A stretch of DNA of 60,911 nucleotides from Intoshia linei (Eukaryota > Animalia > Orthonectida). The stretch is taken from the NCBI GenBank assembly GCA_001642005.1, contig LWCA01000069.1, positions 1 through 60,911 of the forward strand. Direction: 5' to 3'. Within the stretch, counting starts at the first letter, position 1. Each line of letters opens with the position of its first letter. Made by a program: the position numbers and the translations under genes. The notes beneath the pieces are model-generated. The model was not told where the DNA came from. It was given only the letters and a program-made list of their open reading frames with translations, and ran no database searches. Below, one piece after another: positions 17,572 through 30,189 of this stretch.

Positions 17572-17635
17572 AAATAAAATTCTCACTATAGAAATTATTT
17601 GAATGAATATTTTTTGTACAAAAATAGAGTAAGTT

Positions 17636-18393
17636 TTAGTTTTTATTGATATATTTTCTATTAATATATAAATATGAACAAGCGGTGATAAAAAGAGATG
17701 CAATAAATAAATAACCCATATATTTACAGAACTGAAGAATTTTAGTTTGAGTTATAGAGGTGACTGGTTTAATTGATTTAATTGGCTTAGAAAAGTATTC
17801 ATCGGAAGACACTTCATTTGTATGTTGAGTTTTGACGGCTTTGAAATGTTTATTTCTGAGGTTGTTGAATGAACCAGATTCTGATATATATTTTAAATTT
17901 TTATTTTTTGAATTTAGTAAATTTTGATAGTTTTTATTGATTTTTGAATCAACATGTTGAATATAATCCAAGTGTGTTTTTTCTTCGTTTATATTCACTT
18001 TATGGCTCAAATCATCAGTTGAATTGCTGAATGTTACAGACTTGAAAAAATCATTCGTTTCAATTATGTTGATTGAGTTTTGAGAATTTGATCTTGTCAA
18101 TATTGGAACCCCTGCGTTTAATGGAACTTTTATATACTTTAATGCATAAAATTCACTATTTCTTGTTATATTATTGAGGTATAAAATTTTTCGAACCTAA
18201 TTATATGAATTAAAAATGACAATGATTAGTATACATCAACTTTACACCTTAAACTAAAAGTAGATATTCCCTCATTGACACCTCTTTCGACAAGTTTAAT
18301 ATCAATTTCAGGTTCTGTTAGTTTGGAATTGAGTTCGAAAGATTTATTCTTTAATAAACTGCATTTTTCATCGTTGTTTACAAAGAAATTCAT
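17636..18393 (-). CDS. LysM-domain membrane protein (LYSMD3/4-like), 2 exons
   Basis: ATG at 18393; 38-nt intron 18197-18234. Spliced LVERGVNEGISTFSLRCKVD|VRKILYLNNITRNSEFYALKYIKVP resembles the LYSMD3/4 LysM (…IKRVNNL…DFFAL.SIKIP). Single C-terminal TM (YMGYLFIASLFITACSYLYI). Confidence 0.7.
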
Positions 18394-18641
18394 AATTTAT
18401 AGAATTTAAACATTTATATACGAATGTTATTTTTGATTTTTGTTTCCACGTGAAAATTTCTGTAATCGTAAATTATGTTATTACGATGATTCATTAGACT
18501 GATTAAAGTTTAATTTTTACTCATTATAATGATAATTGATTTATGAAGGTTAACGTCCAATCATTAGAGTGAACAGCAGGCATGAAAATAGACCAAGTCT
18601 TTGATTAATAAATAACACCGGTTAACAGTTCATCCACTAAG

Positions 18642-18799
18642 TTAAAGTGGCCAGAAAAATACGTACTATCACTTTTAGTTTATTTGGAATAAATTTTAAG
18701 ATAAAATTTTATTCTTCATCATAGATAAGTAGTTTTGGCTTTATATTTAACACCAAATAAACTAATATTGATAGTACGTATTTTTTCTGGTCACTTTAA
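18642..18799. mobile_element. Palindromic MITE, Kolobok-like (coordinates include the TTAA flanks)
   Basis: ~45-bp inverted arms ttaa|agtggccagaaaaatacgtactatca... / ...tgatagtacgtattttttctggtcact|ttaa. Confidence 0.65.
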
Positions 18800-18844
18800 T
18801 AAGTCTAAGTTAGACTTAGTCTAATTACTCCTTTTTGTGTGTCC

Positions 18845-19016
18845 TAGGTGTGACCATTTTTTAAAAGAAATGTATTTCGAAAAGTCCCAAATACGTACAG
18901 ATTTTTCTAGAATATCGTTTTCACCATCAAGTATTCAATTTAAATCATTCAATTCATAATTAAAAATAAACTATTCATGGAAATCATTTTTGTACGTATA
19001 AATATGGTCACACTCA
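18845..19016. mobile_element. Possible hAT MITE with TAGG(T)GTGACCAT-type ends
   Basis: taggtgtgaccat...atggtcacactca; similar to the left end of the element at 60083. Confidence 0.35.
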
Positions 19017-19197
19017 TTTAGTGGCCATCTTCATCATAAATCATGTAGAAAATAAAAATAAAATTATTGTTTGAAATTTAAAATATAGATGTAGTCATCA
19101 AATGAAGTTTCTTACGTAATTATGAAGTTTGATTCAGTTAAATTGTCATGAAAGTGTTTTAATTTTATTTTTATTGTTTAAATTATTTAATTTTGAA

Positions 19198-22100
19198 ATG
19201 AAACCGTTATCAAAAAGGTATGTGCTGATTTTTATTCAAGATGTAAATTATTATAAAAACAAGATCAAAGGTATACCATTATAAATTCAGTATAGATTTT
19301 GTAGATATCAAAAAGAAAATTAACCTGACATATTCGGCTTTTCCGACTGTATTGTACAACGTTTTTGGAAATGATGTATTTTTATTAATTCATATTTTGT
19401 CTCTTTTCTAATAATTATATTAAGACGTACAATGTACCGAACTAGATGCCCCTCTTGGGGGGAGGAGATCGACTGAGGTTGCCTCATTTTTCGAAATTGA
19501 TATTAAAAAAATATATTCATGAATATCATAACTATTTTGTGTATTAAATTTAAAATGCAATTTCATTTAAAATCATTTGACTAGTAATAAATCTATAGAT
19601 TAAATTTATATAGAGGTTACATGATGTAACTTACAACTAAAATTTTATGAGAAATTATTTATATCTTAGTTATGTCAATTTTAAATATCGTTACAAAAAA
19701 TTTGAATCTTCATTTTCTATTTATAATTTTCAGATTTAATTTATAATTACTTCTTATTTGTAAAATTTTTTTTGATACAGTCAAAATCTCATTTAACGAA
19801 AATGAAAAAACGTTAAAATGGCATATTCGTTAAATAAATTTAACGAAAATATTAGAAATGTAACTATTAGAAATGTGCACTGCACATGTCTTAAATTTAT
19901 CAAAATTATATTTAATATGAACAAATAATTAAACTTTTTATTATGTAAAAAGATTTCATGAATTCATAAAAGAGTCGATCCAATATTTAAAGCCATAAAA
20001 CCATAACAATATTTAAAAAAACTACTAAAAAAATGAAATAATATTGAATTTACGCGTTCGTTAATCAGAAATTCGTTAAATGAGATTTAGACTGTATTTA
20101 TTATTTTTAAATATAATTTAAAAAAAATGTGAGAGTGATCTCGTTTAGCCAGACTCTGCACTGATATAGTCATATGCAATGCCTACAATTATAGGCATTG
20201 CCATAAAACCGATTCAATAATAATTTAAGAATTAATACAATTAAATTTTTATCGATTTCCACCCCTAGTAGTGACCCAGATTCTATATAGGTACAAACCA
20301 AAAATTTCCGACATGTATATTGTACAAAGATTTAAACTTACAATGCCCTTTTTTTTATGACCAATTGTGCATTCTCTTTCTTGCTTTTCAATTATTTTAT
20401 CAAAAAATGTAAATTTTTTTCTCAATACTATCCGATTCTACATTCAAGCGATTTTGAATTTTATCTGATGATAATTGATTAATTACAATTTAATTTTTCA
20501 ATTTTACAGTGACACAATGTATGTCATACATACATATGGAACTTTGGCTTATTGTATATTATCTACAACGTACGGATATATCGGTTTCTTTATCTGGGGT
20601 TCTAATCCTTGAGTTTCACCATTAATGTAGAATTTCTCAGTTCAAACAATTATAAATTATAATTGTATGAAAAATAATTGATTTAGTGCATTATAATTTA
20701 TCCATCAATAGAAACAATACATAACTTATAAATTAAAAGTTAACAATAATTGTAAATAAAATTTGATGTGACTCCATATAATTTTATTTACCCACATTTG
20801 GAAACCCTATCATAAACTACTTTTGTAAACAATTTGTTTTAAAGTCACTGTACCATAAAAAGTATGGGACTATTTTTAAGTTTTAATCATGTTATTCATG
20901 TATAATACGGTCTTACGATTATTACGTAATATTTTTTATTGACCTTTTTATTAATTTTTACACTTTGATGTCTGTAAGAATTTACTATTTTATCATAATT
21001 TGTATTGATATCGAATAATGTTTACTTGACCCGGTCTACTTATGCCTCTTCACGCCCCTATATACACATGTAATTAATAATTACTCTCTTGCAATAACAC
21101 TATTTTTTAATTTAAATTAATTAAGTTATTAAGAATAATTGGCTCAACTATTTGGATCTTTCGCATTTAAGCAATTGCCATACATTAAACGAATCACAAT
21201 ATATACAATATTTATCAAATCTTATTCGAGATTTGCCCAATATAGGTAAAGTAAACAAAAATAATTTTTTGTTTTTAAACTACAATGACGTATATTAAAT
21301 TTTTAGGAACGTTTATAGATGTTTTTTGGTTTTGCTCAAATATTCAGAAATGTGATATCAGGTAGTTTATGGATGATGTATAATTAATTTTTTTAGAGAA
21401 TATTACAACTTATTTTTTTGTTTCTATTGGCTGAAATTGAATTATGATGCATTTATTTTTTGTGATTGGGTTGGATATGGCAAGGGTTTTGGTAAACTAA
21501 AATCTAAAGTTGCAGAAAATTGGGTGACGCTATTATCATGTATTCACATTTTACATCGTATTAATAGAATGATTTTATGGCAAGGTAGCATCAAAACTAC
21601 GGTAAATTTGAAAAAAATTTAAATATACATTTGTAGTTTGATCCCATTCAAACATTACCAGGACTTGTATTATACTTACCTGAAAATGAACAAAATTTAA
21701 TAAATTATTACTTGGCGCAAATAGTAAGTTATTTTTCCATTATATTTTAATACAATTAGATTAATGTTGCTTATGTGGACCAGTTTATGGAATTATTGCA
21801 AATTTATGATGTATCTTCTATTCCTCTTATTTGGAGAACAAATGAGCACTATAAAGCGTATTTTATATTTTATTTTTTAATTCAAATGATAGAAATGCAT
21901 TGTCTTCGGCTAGCATGGTAGCTCCAACTCATGGATTAACAAAATTTTTGAAAAAAAATACCAATGTAATTTAAACAATTTCAATTTTATGCGAATTTAA
22001 ATTTTAGAAGTGTGCCTTGTTAAAGTTAAACTATAGCGCTTCATTGGATTATTCAGATTCGAAATATGTGAATACAAAAAAGTTTAATTATGGCTTTTCG

Positions 22101-23787
22101 CAATTGACTCTAGGTTTCATGTGAAAATTTTTTTAATTGAAATTTAGATAAAATGTATTATCATAAACATGGATCATTTTCTTTATACTTGCTAATGTTT
22201 TTTCAAAATAATGCATGTCTCGTGGAACGATTAACAAATGTAAAATGTTTCAATGGTCATATATTAGGAAATTTACAAAGCAGTTTAACAGAACAACACA
22301 ATGAGATTTTAGATATGTTGAATATGGGATACAATGAAAATTCATTTCAATGCGCTGTAAATACTCTTCAAGATTTATCGTTTATATCTTACGACAATAT
22401 TATGAAATGCAATGTAGATATTTCTTCTATAGGTAATTCTTTATTAAAAGTTTCAAACATGACTAAAATGTACTGCAAGTGTATAATTGAATTGGAAAGT
22501 AATTTGATAATTTGTTGGCATTAAAATATATTTATGTTAGATAATTTTATGGAAGAATTTGGTAATAGTAAGGATAATAATGATATGATTGAAAAAGCAA
22601 TACATTCCATTAAAGAAATATCTAAACAAGGTAAATCATTTTGTAAAATTTAAATATGATAAATAGCTGAAAACATTGATAAACTTGAAAATTGTGATAT
22701 CAACATGTATATGGATCGTTTGCAAGATAAATGTGACTTAAATAATAAATTTTCACATAATGTTAAATTGGGTAAAACGATATCGTTGCTGACTCCACCT
22801 GCCAAGAAACAGTGTATTTATCTATCTAAGCTAAAACTTATAGTTTAGGTATTGTAATAGATAAATTCACTCTTGAAAATATTCGCAATAAAATGAAGAA
22901 GGCTACCAACCTTCCCGATGAATCTCAGTTAAAAAATATTAATGTAAGATTAGTAATCTTAGATTACGGATATAATAATAAGTTTTCAATTTAATTTGAA
23001 TTTAGGAAACCAATGAATATTATGAACAGCTACTAAAGAAAGGAGATTACAATTTGGCAAGAAATATAAAGTACCACGGTGTTCAGTAAAATATTTTTTA
23101 TTTATTTTACTTAAATTTTTATTTTATTTTAGTTATTGTAAAGACCAGGAAAATATGATTTCATTTGAAAACTTTTATCGGAATATGATGCATAGTGTGC
23201 TGAAAACTGAAACTCACAGTGTAGCTTCACAGTTACTTGGTCATTCTCCGTTGCGTATTCCTCGTCATAATAAAAATTTCTATACTAGAAAAGAAATTTT
23301 AGAAATCGACATTAATGACCTGAAACCTGGAATTATTGAAAAAATGTAAAATTTAAATTTTAAGGGAATTATTATTTTACATATCCAAATTAGATCTCCA
23401 ATCGAATATTGTCAATCAGATAACATTGTAATCCATTATTCATTTAATATTTTAAAACGATTATTAGGAAATAGATACAGACACCGACACGGATAAAGAA
23501 TTTTTTATAGGAGATTTGATTATATCTCATTTAAAACAATCAAATATTTTTGAAAATAGTGATATTTATTCCAATTGCTACAATAGACTTTTAAATCTTG
23601 TTAATATTTATAAAAACGTATTTTTTTAAATTTTGTATACATTTGTATTTATATATATTACATTTTCGTTATATATTAGGCAGTTCCAAAGTACGACGTG
23701 CCGAATATGAAATATGGAAGGTTAAGTTAAAACGCCATTTAGGTAGTTGACAGCGCTGAAAAAAAAATTTCTAAAAAATTAGAATAA
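19198..23787 (+). CDS. MTBP: MTBP-like (MDM2-binding protein, Treslin partner); 5' exons at ~19198-19375 tentative, core exons from ~21134
   Basis: Spliced segments LIRDLPNIG.FIDVFWF, ILWQGSI, YHGVHYCKDQENMISFENFYRNMMHSVLKTETHS and IISHLKQSNIFENSDIYSNCYNRLLNLVNIY match remembered MTBP motifs (LSDKLPAPG..VD, LWRGKI, YHGIEYCLD-x20-YETQT, ETLKKHSI...ACSQRLFEISKFY) in order and spacing. Confidence 0.65.
19778..20094. mobile_element. pogo/Tigger-type MITE
   Basis: TA TSD; 23-bp TIR cagtcaaaatctcatttaacgaa / ttcgttaaatgagatttagactg (1 mismatch). Confidence 0.8.
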
Positions 23788-24942
23788 GTTTAAAACCTTT
23801 TGAAATGTTAAAATTTTGCGGCATGTGCGTTAAAAAAATTTTTAAATTTAATTTTCCCCCTCATCCAATTTGCTTGGACTAGCCTGTACTGTACTATATC
23901 ATGAATTTTATATATTAAACATGTAGCTCGATAAGAATGAAGCTGAAGAAATAATTACATCAAATTTATTACAAGTATTGTATATTTGATTTTTAATATT
24001 TTACATTTTAGGTAATAAAATTTGCTAGAAAATAACCTTGAATTATAATTTAAAATTTTTAAAAAAATATTTAAATTGTATATTAAAAAATATAAAATTA
24101 ATCTTATGACTATCTGATAATCTATAGTCGAACCTATCAAACTCGAGACCACTACAAAAATGAAAAATTTGATTGTCCAAATCGCCACCAAAAGTTTTGG
24201 ACGTATAATATCATAGAAAGTAGCATATTAATATATTATATATAATAATATTTATATATATATACATGCATGGCAAGTAACTTTTTCATACACTGAATCG
24301 AAATTTAAAAGTTTTTCATAAAATCTAATGCAACTTGAATTTAATCTAATTAATTAAAAAGAAAAAGAGTAAATTAGTAAATTGATTTTTTCACCGCGAT
24401 GACTCAACTTTATAACATTGAAATTTTTTATTTTTGTAACTGGAAACGCTATATTAAATGTGATTTTTTAAATGCTAGGACTTGTTTTATTTTAAAAAAG
24501 GATAATGGAGTTTTTGACACTGAAGAACTCGATTTCTCAAAAATAAATTTTCGATAAGAACCCACTAACCGTCCCAAAAAATTTAATAAGGTTATACCTT
24601 TCTAAATAAAATGTAATCAAATACAGCAGTCATTTAATAAGGTAATTGGTCGTCCCAAGGGGTTAATAATTTTATTGGGGTATGAATACGAAAATTTTAG
24701 ATGATTGGGGTGAATGATACATTTTTAGCATATTTTATTACAATTAGTAATTAAAAAACCAAAATTTACGAAATAATATAACAAGGATATGGAAAAAAAC
24801 TGCTTTTACTAATATTTTTCTGATAAATGACATTGTGAATTATACCAAATATTAAAAATGTATTTTAAAAATAATTCAAATTGTTCAGAAGGCTGCACCA
24901 AATCGTCAATAAGGTCACACTATCCCCACCTTTGGTTTAGTA

Positions 24943-25244
24943 CATTGCCGAACCTACCTACCTACCGAAACTATCTTCGGGATCTCGACGAAATTTTTGT
25001 AAAATGGGGGCCTCATTTTTCCAAATTGAGCATTAAAAAAAAATATTATTGAATATCACAACTATTTTGTGTATTAAATTAAAATTTAAAACCGGGAACC
25101 CTAGATAAGTGGCTAGGAGTCATGACACTACGCATCGTTTGCAAAATAATTTACGGATATGTGTTAGAAGTATTTCAAATTAAAAATACTTATTTTTGTA
25201 TTTTTATTTATCGGATGGCCTCGAGTATAGTAGGTTCGGCTCTG
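24943..25244. mobile_element. hAT MITE family with CAGAGCCGAACCTAC-type ends (relatives at ~1161-1300, ~19435-19700, ~31350-31520, ~43825-44050)
   Basis: cattgccgaacctac...gtaggttcggctctg; flanks gtttagta/gtttagac; shared core cctcatttt...aattgag...tgaatatcacaactattttgtgtattaaatt. Confidence 0.7.
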
Positions 25245-25380
25245 GTTTAGACTAAACTTTAGTAACTAAATTAGTATTCAATTTTTTATAAATAAAGTTT
25301 AATTTGTATTAAAAAATGATTGCAGCAAAACATTTAATTACGGTAATCTAAAAATAATTGAAATATGTTATCAGAAGAGC

Positions 25381-25614
25381 CAGTGCCAAACCTATCGTAC
25401 TGAAACGACTCTTTGGGACCATCATTTCCAGACTGAGCGTTAAAAAACTAAAGTCTTGAATATCATTTATTCTTAGTGTTAAATTAAAAATGTCACATCT
25501 AAAGTTTTGTAGAAATGGTTAGGGGCTCTATGACACTACAATTCGTTTGCGAAATTTTTCTTAGATGCCTATTTTGAATTTTCGGTGGCTTAGAGCTTGG
25601 TAGGTTCAGTTCTG
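25381..25614. mobile_element. hAT MITE, same family as 24943-25244
   Basis: cagtgccaaacctatc...ggtaggttcagttctg; TSD agaagagc/agaagaac. Confidence 0.7.
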
Positions 25615-26228
25615 AGAAGAACTGACAGTACTAACTACACATGTTACTCATTGATATTATTTTTAAAACTTATTCAACCAGACCTAGGATTACCAGCCGT
25701 CCTTTAATATTGTTATTTTTTAGTTATTCTATTATAATAATCATTAACAATTAATAATATAAATACAATGTAATTATTTTTTAAAAAATGTGAAATTTCT
25801 ACACGTAAATAAATTTTTATTTTAAACCACACTTTGCTATTATTATAATTAAACCTTTGAAAGTCAAATTAATATATACTTAAATTTACTTACGTTAAGT
25901 TAAGACTTAAAAAATATTAAAACTAAAAATATATAAAAAAATTAATCACCGATTTCCAGAATTGATGAAAAACTCAATTCCAGAACAAAAAGCAAAATTT
26001 AAAACTGAAAACATCTACTGTCGTAAATTAAATTGGATTGATAACAAATATGACACTTTTATTTTTTACAATTCGTAAAGTACGTTAAATAGTTTCAAAT
26101 ACAATTAATCAAAATGGTCAATAAAAATTTTTTAATCAATATAAAACTGTTAATTTTAAACTATTACTGAGAGGCAGAACTTATCATTCTCCGTAAAATT
26201 CAAATTATAAATAATATAAAGCACTAGG

Positions 26229-26900
26229 TTGACTGTTATGTACTACGTACAAACAGCACCTAGCTCTACTGAGAGCACATTTTTATTCTACCAAAAAAAT
26301 TAATTCACGTTGAAAATTCTAACTTAAAAATCCTACTATTCACTATTTATAAATTCTTCAAAAGAGTGGTTCCCAAACTTGTTTCAGGTGGAACCGTCAT
26401 ATCACATTACTTTTTACTTTAAAGTGAATTATTCTATCTTAATTTTGTTTTGTTAACATTTGCATAAATAATTTTAAAAATAAAGTCAAATTTAATTATT
26501 TCACAGTTTTTGTATTAATAAAATATTTTAAAAAAAAAATATATGAATACTAAAATGCTTTTTTGACCGTGAAGGCGTCACTTATTCAATTTAAATTTTT
26601 TGTGTGTGTTAACAGGATACAACTGTACCACCTGTAAATTTGTTTAAATTCTAGAGATGTTTTAATTAAAAAAAGGTTAATTTGTGGTTTTGGCCCTGAA
26701 GATATATTTTTTTTAGATTTAAATTTATTATTTAAAATCTGTATCAGAGTATACATTTTTTTAAATTTTCTAAAAAAAGGACAATTAGGCTTTTTGACAC
26801 GTAAAAATTGAGTTTTGGTAGTTTGAAATTTATTTTGCTAACACCTCCAGAAAAAACTATAATTGAAATGTGGACTTTATAAAATTTTTAGACTAGTAGT
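26229..26900. repeat. Dispersed repeat family without TIRs (copies at ~43103-43710 and, inverted, ~45515-45890)
   Basis: Shared start ttgactgttatgtactacgtacaaac, internal tttttgaccgtgaag subrepeats, and a long near-identical block tgtgtgtgttaacaggatacaactgtaccac inverted at ~45750-45785. Confidence 0.75.
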
Positions 26901-27475
26901 TATTAAAACAAATATTTTGTAGTATATTATATAGGTAAGGATATCCTTGATTAAACGACAGAAATAATAATTACACAATATTTATAGCGTTAGTACATGT
27001 AGTTATGACCTTTTTAAGTAATATATCGTATGTGATACATCAGTTTTGAAAGGGTTAACCCTGATTATACTGGGTTAAATGTATTTTTGAAAAAATTGTA
27101 ATTACGAGAAGCATTGATTTCAAATAATTTTACTTTCAAAGTTTTTGGCGTGTATTGTTTATTTTCTATTTAGAATACTAGATGCGGGCAGAAAATATAT
27201 GATGTGGTCTTTAGAAAATGTCAACATTTTTTAAATTAGTAACATCTTTGATGAGATCTACTTGACCCACAGTCATAACTATAACATTAATTAAATGTAA
27301 GAATTTATTAGTATTTTAGATTAGTGAAACTATATCCGGTGCACTTTTTTTAGGAATGGGATATATTATTTATCAAAGTTATCAGATTCCAAAGGTTTAC
27401 AAAAAAGTTTCCAAAGAAGATCAATTGATTATAGATTCGATATTTTTGAAATAAATGTTTAAACGATAAAATTTA

Positions 27476-28472
27476 TTATATGGACATGATTTCATTTACA
27501 CAATTTTTGAAATCTCGTGTATTTAGTGTGAATATAAAGGGATTAAAAATTGTAGTTAAATATAAACAAATGACTAAAAAGTCATAAAGTTCTTGATTGA
27601 CTATTCGGATTATGTTTATATGCCTTAATAAATGAAACAACTGACATGGTAGCATCAATAGTGCATATATAATGCATATTTTTAAAAGAGTTTTTGATAC
27701 ATTTTTTTGGACCTGGAGTTTTTTTAGTTGCATTTCATTATTCATTGTACTATTCCGTTGGTTTTTCGTTAGACTAGTTATATTTTTGTTTTTTTTTTGG
27801 GTGTCTAATTTTTTGTATATTGAAAGATAGCAAAAGCAATGGAAAGACAAAGGGGTTAAAAATGAGGCCAAGAAAATAATTATTCCATATAATATTTTGA
27901 AATATTGGTTGTTTTTTAGTTTGATATCCGACTCGTATCGATCCTCTTGCAGTGTATTTACCATATATAAAATAAGCACGGATAAAAATATACTTACTAG
28001 CATAAATAGACACATTATAATTATGTAATGATGCTTTTTTACTATCTGGTAATGATAAATTGTTTTACAAACTACCAAATATCGATCCAGACTGATGGTA
28101 ATGACCAAAAAATTTGAGAAAATTATAAATATATAGAATGAAACACGACTTTTGAAAAAATACATGAGATATAGAGTAGTATAACTATGCACCTTCATAG
28201 TATCAATGTTTTTAAAAAACTTTAGAAATGCATAAATCATAAATATAAGAGAAGCCACGAGATCGTTTAAGGTCAAAACGACAATAAGCTTTTGACTGTT
28301 GGAGTTGATCAATTTTGTTTTATACCATAAATATATAAACAAAATTAAGGAATTAATACAAAATCCAATCACAGAGAGTGGGATATACAAAATTGAAACA
28401 ATCTATATTATGAATTAAACATTTATGTTTAAGTTAAGTTACCAATTTTAAAAATCCTTTTTCTAAAATCAT
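27476..28472 (-). CDS. Rhodopsin-like (class A) GPCR, orphan; short 5' exon tentative
   Basis: Seven hydrophobic segments, TM1 N, TM2 LxxxD, SLDRY, TM5 P, TM6 LP, TM7 NPFIF. The ORF-track start is TTG; a 40-nt intron (~28403-28442) links to an ATG at 28472. Confidence 0.85.
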
Positions 28473-29013
28473 AGGGAATTGTAGTGTCGTTTAACAGATA
28501 AAAAAGTTTTAAATAAATATTTATTTACCGGATTGGGTTCAAGGTTAATTAATAATATATCCATGGAGATTGAGGGTAGCATTTGTAAATAGTTTAATAT
28601 AAAATAGAGTAAACTAGAATATAACAAACAGTTTCATCAAATTATTCAATTGATAATTTCCATGTGTCTAAGGTTAAAGTTTGCAGTAATTTCTTTAAAA
28701 TATCTCGTGTCGCTCACTTTTGACAAAGCTGATTAATCGATACATTTAGACTAGCGATATCTAACCGCCGGTCCGCGTAAAATCTATAACATTTTAAAAA
28801 TACATTTTTTTCAAATAAATAAGAAGTAGCGATTTACCAACCTTTCAAAACGACTGTTAAATTTTAATTTAATGTAGTTCGCACCTTTTTCCGATGCGCA
28901 AAAGTGAAGAAGTTGGGAAATACTGCTTTACAAAGATGTTACCAGCATTGCTGGTAAAAATTTTATTAATAGCAAAATTAAAAATTAGTTTATTTTTGTA
29001 ATGTATATTATTG

Positions 29014-29511
29014 CAGAGTTGCCAGATGTTGGGATTTTATTCCCAGGTCTAGATCACTAAATTATTATTTCAAAAATCCCACTTCTATCCCAGCCTTAAT
29101 AAAATGTAATAATATTTAATAAAAAATACCACTCAAGCCCTTTATGTAATTACCCCTTCTTCCAATTTTACAAAAAACTTTGTGAAAAAACCTCTTAATG
29201 CAACTCCAAAATAAAAAATCCAATTTTACCAATCCTTAAGTCTTAAGTTAAGGTAAAATCTATTTTCTTATATTTTTTTGAAAAATTAGATTTTACTAAA
29301 ACTTACGATAAAAAACTATTAATATAACCACAACATAAAAAACCAAAATTTTAGCAACAATGAAGAAAAATTTATTTTTTTCGAGTACTTAGTTCTAAGC
29401 ATTTAAATTTTCTGAGACCATAAACGTCATTATATTCGGTTTACATCTTATAAATTAGTCATTTGTATATTTTTAAAAAATTTGCTGGTGCCAGCAAATC
29501 TGGCACCTTTG
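29014..29511. mobile_element. TIR element with CAGAGTTGCCAGAT ends and ~30-bp subrepeats (partial copy nested at ~5930-6110)
   Basis: cagagttgccagat...atctggcacctttg; internal block ttattatttcaaaaatcccactt shared with ~5980-6000. Confidence 0.55.
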
Positions 29512-29870
29512 TTGGTTTAGAGATAATGATTAGTCAAATCTGCATAATCCGAAAATATTTTCATCTTTTATAAACGCAACATCAGCGTGAGTAACAAGTG
29601 AGTCGCGAAATGCTTTTTGTTATTTTAAAAAAACAAATTATCAAATTGTTCTATACATTCACATTATATTTTATTATAATTGAAAGTCCAATCGACATTT
29701 TTTATACGTCGTCTTAAAAATTTAATGTATCCGTTTTTATGGGTGTCGCGTGATTTTAAGAATATAGTTATAGTAGTTATAGGAATATAGGGTAAAGATA
29801 TCGAAAATAATAAATTTGTAAATTTTTACCTTGAAAAGTGTTGTAATATTTTAGAATTTAAAGTTTAGAT

Positions 29871-30039
29871 CAGGGGTTCACAAACTGATTTAGTCTACCG
29901 CCCCATTTTTATCAATATATTCTTTCAACACCCTCTTGAAAAATTTTTCGATTACGTCCAATAATATTTATTTAAAAATTTACTCAATTATTATTAATTA
30001 ACCCATTATGGGGCGATATCGGCCACTTTGGAACCACTG
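29871..30039. mobile_element. hAT (Buster-like) MITE
   Basis: Perfect TSD gtttagat; ends caggggttcacaaa / tttggaaccactg. Confidence 0.8.
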
Positions 30040-30189
30040 GTTTAGATAATTAGTTATACTTATCGATATTTTCAAAACGGGTTAGCTGGCCAACATGGTA
30101 TGGTGCAATTAAGATTGTACTGAGTATGTCAATGCAGTATTACTGCATATATTAATGATTACATTAAAAAACAATTTATTTAATATGTA

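Noticed and set aside
27050-27080. ttaa-ccctgattatactggg-ttaa mini piggyBac-like motif
   Set aside because: Only 16 bp between the TTAA sites; too short to distinguish from chance.
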